DNA of 64,000 nucleotides, taken from the NCBI GenBank assembly GCA_051546255.1, contig CP128821.1:124001-188000 (forward strand), read 5' to 3'. The notes under the pieces are model-generated. The model saw only the letters and a program-made list of their open reading frames with translations, was not told the origin of the DNA and did no database searches. Positions 60,394-64,000 of this stretch are shown here, piece by piece. A program made the position numbers and the translations under genes. This stretch comes from Meyerozyma guilliermondii (taxonomy: Eukaryota). How positions within the stretch are numbered: position 1 is the stretch's first letter; each line of letters begins with the position of its first letter.

Positions 60394-63300
60394 ATGAATC
60401 GACAGTACCAACGCGAAGAAATTCAGCGCATGCTCCAGCGTTGGCAGCAGCTACGCCAGCAGTTTGGTGATCGTGCCGTCAACGTGCCGGAATTTGCCCA
60501 TTTGAGCAAGGTTCTCAAAGCCATACAACAACAACAGCAGCAACAGCAGCAGCAAAATAAACCCAATTCCGGGGCCAATCAATATATGCAGCAGGCTCAG
60601 CAGACCGGTACCCCTATGGGAAACACAAATGTGCCTATGAATTCAGCAAATATGGCTCCTCGTCCTCAGCAAGGAAATGGGTCGGCGCAGACCATGAACG
60701 GTGCGAATGCCCGATATATGGGAAACAATATGATGAACATGGCCTCACCGGTTTCCCAGTCTTCGCAACAACAGTCTCCAGTAATGAATAACATGCCTCC
60801 ACAGACACAGCAGCAGCTTCAACAACAACAACAAAGACAACGGTTTGCAGCAGCTCCACCAGGTACTAACGTAGGCACTCCCATGTCTACCTCACAACAC
60901 TCAACTCCTCAAATGCAACAGAATCCTGTCATGGGCAATAGAAACCACATGCAGCAGGGAGGAATGCAGCTAAACAAAACTACAAACCAGAACCAACAAG
61001 CTTCCGCGGGACAACAACCTTTCCCAGTGCCAGGCGCAACTGCTGCACAATCTGCCTTTTCGGCTCAGCAATTCCAGTTGCTCAAGTCGCAGTATCAGGC
61101 TTTGAAGTACTTGCTCAAAGCACCTGCTCCAGGCAGCCCGCCAATTCCCCAAAACCTCGTGGAAATCGTGTGCTCCGACAGACTTGCATTCGCCCAAAAC
61201 TCTTACCTTCCAGCGGCTAACGTGCCTTCTGATAGCCCGGTAGCTGGTGCGGAAAATGATGTTAGACTAGCAAGAAACCTGGGCATGGCTGCTAACGTGA
61301 GAAACCCTTCCATACCGCAACAGGAACATCAGCTTTCAGGAATGCCACCAACAAACCACTCAGCAATGCTAGGAAACGCACCAACGGCCAACCAGATGAG
61401 TCCTCACTTAATGAACCCACAAGCTGCCCAATTGCAACAGCAGGCTCAAGTACAGGCTAACCTCCGCCAGGCGGCTCCACAAGAACTGCTTTTGTCACAG
61501 GCGGCTGCACAAGCAGCAGCACCAACAAGCGCAGGTCTTGCTGACTCTAATCCAGTTGTTGGCGCCGCCCCACATTTGCAAGCCAGCCAACTTCAGCGTC
61601 AATCCGTGCACACAACTGCTTCTCCCCTTACTAGTTTCGAACCTTACGACCAGAAATCTAATGCCAGCACACCAGCAATTGCACCTACGACAAGTTTACA
61701 ACAGCAAGAAAGTCAGCTTAAAAATGTGCAACAGTCAGCATTTGTTACCCTCTCACCAAAACCACCAGTGTACATTGATGACCTTGATGTGCCAAAGAAA
61801 GACAAGGATAATGTTGTTGTACCTATCCTGAAGCCGGAAATTCAGGTCGATGCGTTTGAAGTACCTCAATTAATCGACACGAAAGATATACCGTTCAAAT
61901 CATTATATTCGCTGCAGAGTAAAGTGCTGTTCCCAGCACTCATGCCAACCAGCTTCGACCCCGATTCGATTGCCGCGAATAGAGAGGCGCTGATTCTCCT
62001 ATTGATAGACGCTGAGTTAACTCGTTTGAATATGAAATTAGAGTCTGCCGATGAAGACCAGAAGGCTGCGATCGAAGCTGAGATTTACAAACTTGAACTT
62101 TTACCGTTCCAGAAAGAATTGCGTGGAAAGATATTATCTCACGTTTGGTTCAGTAAGTCTCTTCTTCCCAATTCACACCCCAATGTGCTTGCAAAGTGCT
62201 CGCACCTTAATTCCGAAAATGCTCAAATGACTCAAAACATGTACAAGAGGCAGCTTTACTCGCTTGCCCAAGCCCAGAACCGCAAGCTTCGTGTCACATT
62301 GAATGAAATTATTGCACATCAATCAAAGAAGCGTGATAGGTTGTTTGCCAAGAGAGACAAAAGAGCGAAGATTTGCAGCAAGATTGATAGTTTCCACAGT
62401 CAGATCGCGAGAGAAGAGCAGAAGAAGCTCGAACGTATGGCCAAGCAACGTTTACAAGCCTTGAAACTGAACGATGAGGAAGCATACTTGAAATTGCTCG
62501 ACCATACTAAAGATACCAGAATTACGCATTTGTTGAAACAGACAAATCAATTTTTGGATACGTTGGCCCAAGCCGTTCAAGCGCAGCAGCGCGACTCTGG
62601 TAAGGTTGATGAACCTATAAACGACGAAAAGAGAGAAAAGATTGATTACTACAACGTTGCTCACAGAATTAAGGAAGATGTCACAAAACAGCCATCCATT
62701 CTTGTAGGAGGTACATTGAAAGAATATCAATTGAAGGGTTTACAGTGGATGGTTTCTCTTTATAATAACAGGCTAAATGGTATATTGGCCGATGAGATGG
62801 GTTTGGGTAAGACCATTCAAACTATATCTCTCATTACTTACATTGTGGAAGTGAAGAAGATCAATGGCCCATTCTTGGTGATTGTTCCATTGTCAACGTT
62901 AACTAATTGGAATTTAGAATTCGAGAAATGGGCTCCATCGGTAAAGAAGATCACCTACAAGGGAACTCCTAACCAAAGAAAGAGCCTCCAGTTTGAAGTG
63001 AGGAAAGGGGATTTCCAAATTTTGTTGACCACTTTTGAATACATCATCAAGGACAAGAGTGTGTTGGCAAAGGTGAAATGGATTCACATGATTATTGATG
63101 AAGGTCACAGAATGAAGAATGCCAACTCGAAGTTATCCGAAACTTTAACCCATCACTACCACAGTGACTACAGATTGATTTTGACTGGTACACCATTGCA
63201 AAACAATTTACCCGAATTATGGGCACTTTTGAACTTTGTGCTTCCAAAAATCTTCAACTCTGTGAAGTCTTTCGACGAGTGGTTTAACACACCTTTTGCA

Positions 63301-64000
63301 AACACCGGTGGGCAAGACAAAATCGAACTCAGTGAAGAAGAGACTCTTTTAGTCATTAGGCGTCTTCATAAAGTTTTACGTCCTTTCTTATTGAGAAGAT
63401 TGAAAAAGGATGTCGAGAAGGACTTGCCAAACAAGGTTGAAAAAGTTGTAAAGTGTCGCATGTCATCTTTGCAATCCAAATTGTATCAACAAATGTTGAA
63501 GTACAATTTGCTATTCTCCAGCAATCCCGATGGAGATGGTAAGCCGATTGCCATTAAAAACACGAATAATCAGATTATGCAATTGAGAAAGATTTGCAAT
63601 CATCCTTTTGTGTATGAAGAAGTTGAAAATATGATCAATCCCACTGCTGATACCAATGATGAAATTTGGAGAGTTGCTGGAAAGTTTGAGTTGCTTGACC
63701 GTATCTTGCCCAAATTGAAAGCCACCGGTCATAGAGTATTGATTTTCTTTCAAATGACCCTGATCATGAATATTATGGAGGATTTTTTGCGTCTTCGTGA
63801 TCTCAAGTATATGAGATTGGACGGTGCAACTAAGGCAGATGATAGAACGGGATTGTTGAAGCTTTTTAATGAAGAGAATTCCGATTATTTCTGCTTCCTT
63901 TTGTCTACAAGAGCTGGTGGTCTAGGATTGAATTTGCAAACTGCTGACACGGTTATTATTTTTGATTCTGACTGGAATCCTCATCAAGATCTTCAGGCGC
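60394..64000 (+). CDS. SNF2: SWI/SNF chromatin-remodelling ATPase, runs off the window end
   Basis: ATG 60394 (MNRQYQREEIQ), Q-rich region, QLQ-like QFQLLKSQYQALKYL, HSA/DTRITHLL, GILADEMGLGKT, DEGH and LSTRAGGLGLNLQTADTV. Absent from the ORF track because no stop lies in the window. Confidence 0.92.
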   Translation, partial: MNRQYQREEIQRMLQRWQQLRQQFGDRAVNVPEFAHLSKVLKAIQQQQQQQQQQNKPNSGANQYMQQAQQTGTPMGNTNVPMNSANMAPRPQQGNGSAQTMNGANARYMGNNMMNMASPVSQSSQQQSPVMNNMPPQTQQQLQQQQQRQRFAAAPPGTNVGTPMSTSQHSTPQMQQNPVMGNRNHMQQGGMQLNKTTNQNQQASAGQQPFPVPGATAAQSAFSAQQFQLLKSQYQALKYLLKAPAPGSPPIPQNLVEIVCSDRLAFAQNSYLPAANVPSDSPVAGAENDVRLARNLGMAANVRNPSIPQQEHQLSGMPPTNHSAMLGNAPTANQMSPHLMNPQAAQLQQQAQVQANLRQAAPQELLLSQAAAQAAAPTSAGLADSNPVVGAAPHLQASQLQRQSVHTTASPLTSFEPYDQKSNASTPAIAPTTSLQQQESQLKNVQQSAFVTLSPKPPVYIDDLDVPKKDKDNVVVPILKPEIQVDAFEVPQLIDTKDIPFKSLYSLQSKVLFPALMPTSFDPDSIAANREALILLLIDAELTRLNMKLESADEDQKAAIEAEIYKLELLPFQKELRGKILSHVWFSKSLLPNSHPNVLAKCSHLNSENAQMTQNMYKRQLYSLAQAQNRKLRVTLNEIIAHQSKKRDRLFAKRDKRAKICSKIDSFHSQIAREEQKKLERMAKQRLQALKLNDEEAYLKLLDHTKDTRITHLLKQTNQFLDTLAQAVQAQQRDSGKVDEPINDEKREKIDYYNVAHRIKEDVTKQPSILVGGTLKEYQLKGLQWMVSLYNNRLNGILADEMGLGKTIQTISLITYIVEVKKINGPFLVIVPLSTLTNWNLEFEKWAPSVKKITYKGTPNQRKSLQFEVRKGDFQILLTTFEYIIKDKSVLAKVKWIHMIIDEGHRMKNANSKLSETLTHHYHSDYRLILTGTPLQNNLPELWALLNFVLPKIFNSVKSFDEWFNTPFANTGGQDKIELSEEETLLVIRRLHKVLRPFLLRRLKKDVEKDLPNKVEKVVKCRMSSLQSKLYQQMLKYNLLFSSNPDGDGKPIAIKNTNNQIMQLRKICNHPFVYEEVENMINPTADTNDEIWRVAGKFELLDRILPKLKATGHRVLIFFQMTLIMNIMEDFLRLRDLKYMRLDGATKADDRTGLLKLFNEENSDYFCFLLSTRAGGLGLNLQTADTVIIFDSDWNPHQDLQA

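Overview
Gene-dense chromosomal segment of a budding yeast of the CTG(Ser) clade (Debaryomycetaceae-like, possibly Meyerozyma; the species is an inference). CTG codons fall at Ser-type positions, so the supplied translations misread them as Leu. About 33 protein genes are recognisable: RXT2, POL30, MAK3, FBA1, TIM12, PBY1, DEF1, NHP6, an ATF/SLI1-type acyltransferase, an ARMT1/DUF89 phosphatase, TOA2, NUP120, MPE1, BUL1, CPA1, ERG25-like, RPL20, two tandem YMR226C-like SDRs, NCS6, NIP1, HRT3, an unknown ORF, NMT1, PWP1, ARB1, BLM10, PEF1, RPS10, ZRG8, FIR1-like, SPR3, NMD4 and a 3'-truncated SNF2 missing from the ORF track. There are three tRNAs (Ile-AAT, Ala-AGC, Asp-GTC). The most interesting material is non-coding. 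At 19.0-20.1 kb a spliced non-coding host carries box C/D snoRNAs snR78-77-76-75 one per intron, then snR74 and snR73 without introns. The snR77 and snR76 introns abut directly (branch-AATAG|GTAAGT), giving an apparent zero-length exon or recursive splice site. A second non-coding intron at 58.76-58.93 kb hosts an snR48-like RNA. Other signals are an identical 21-bp element upstream of both RXT2 and POL30, whose TCCTGCA core recurs in gene-sense orientation in many promoters, and a structured 5'-UTR intron in NHP6. Gene and snoRNA identities come from recalled motifs and synteny, not from database searches. No mobile elements or CRISPR arrays were seen.
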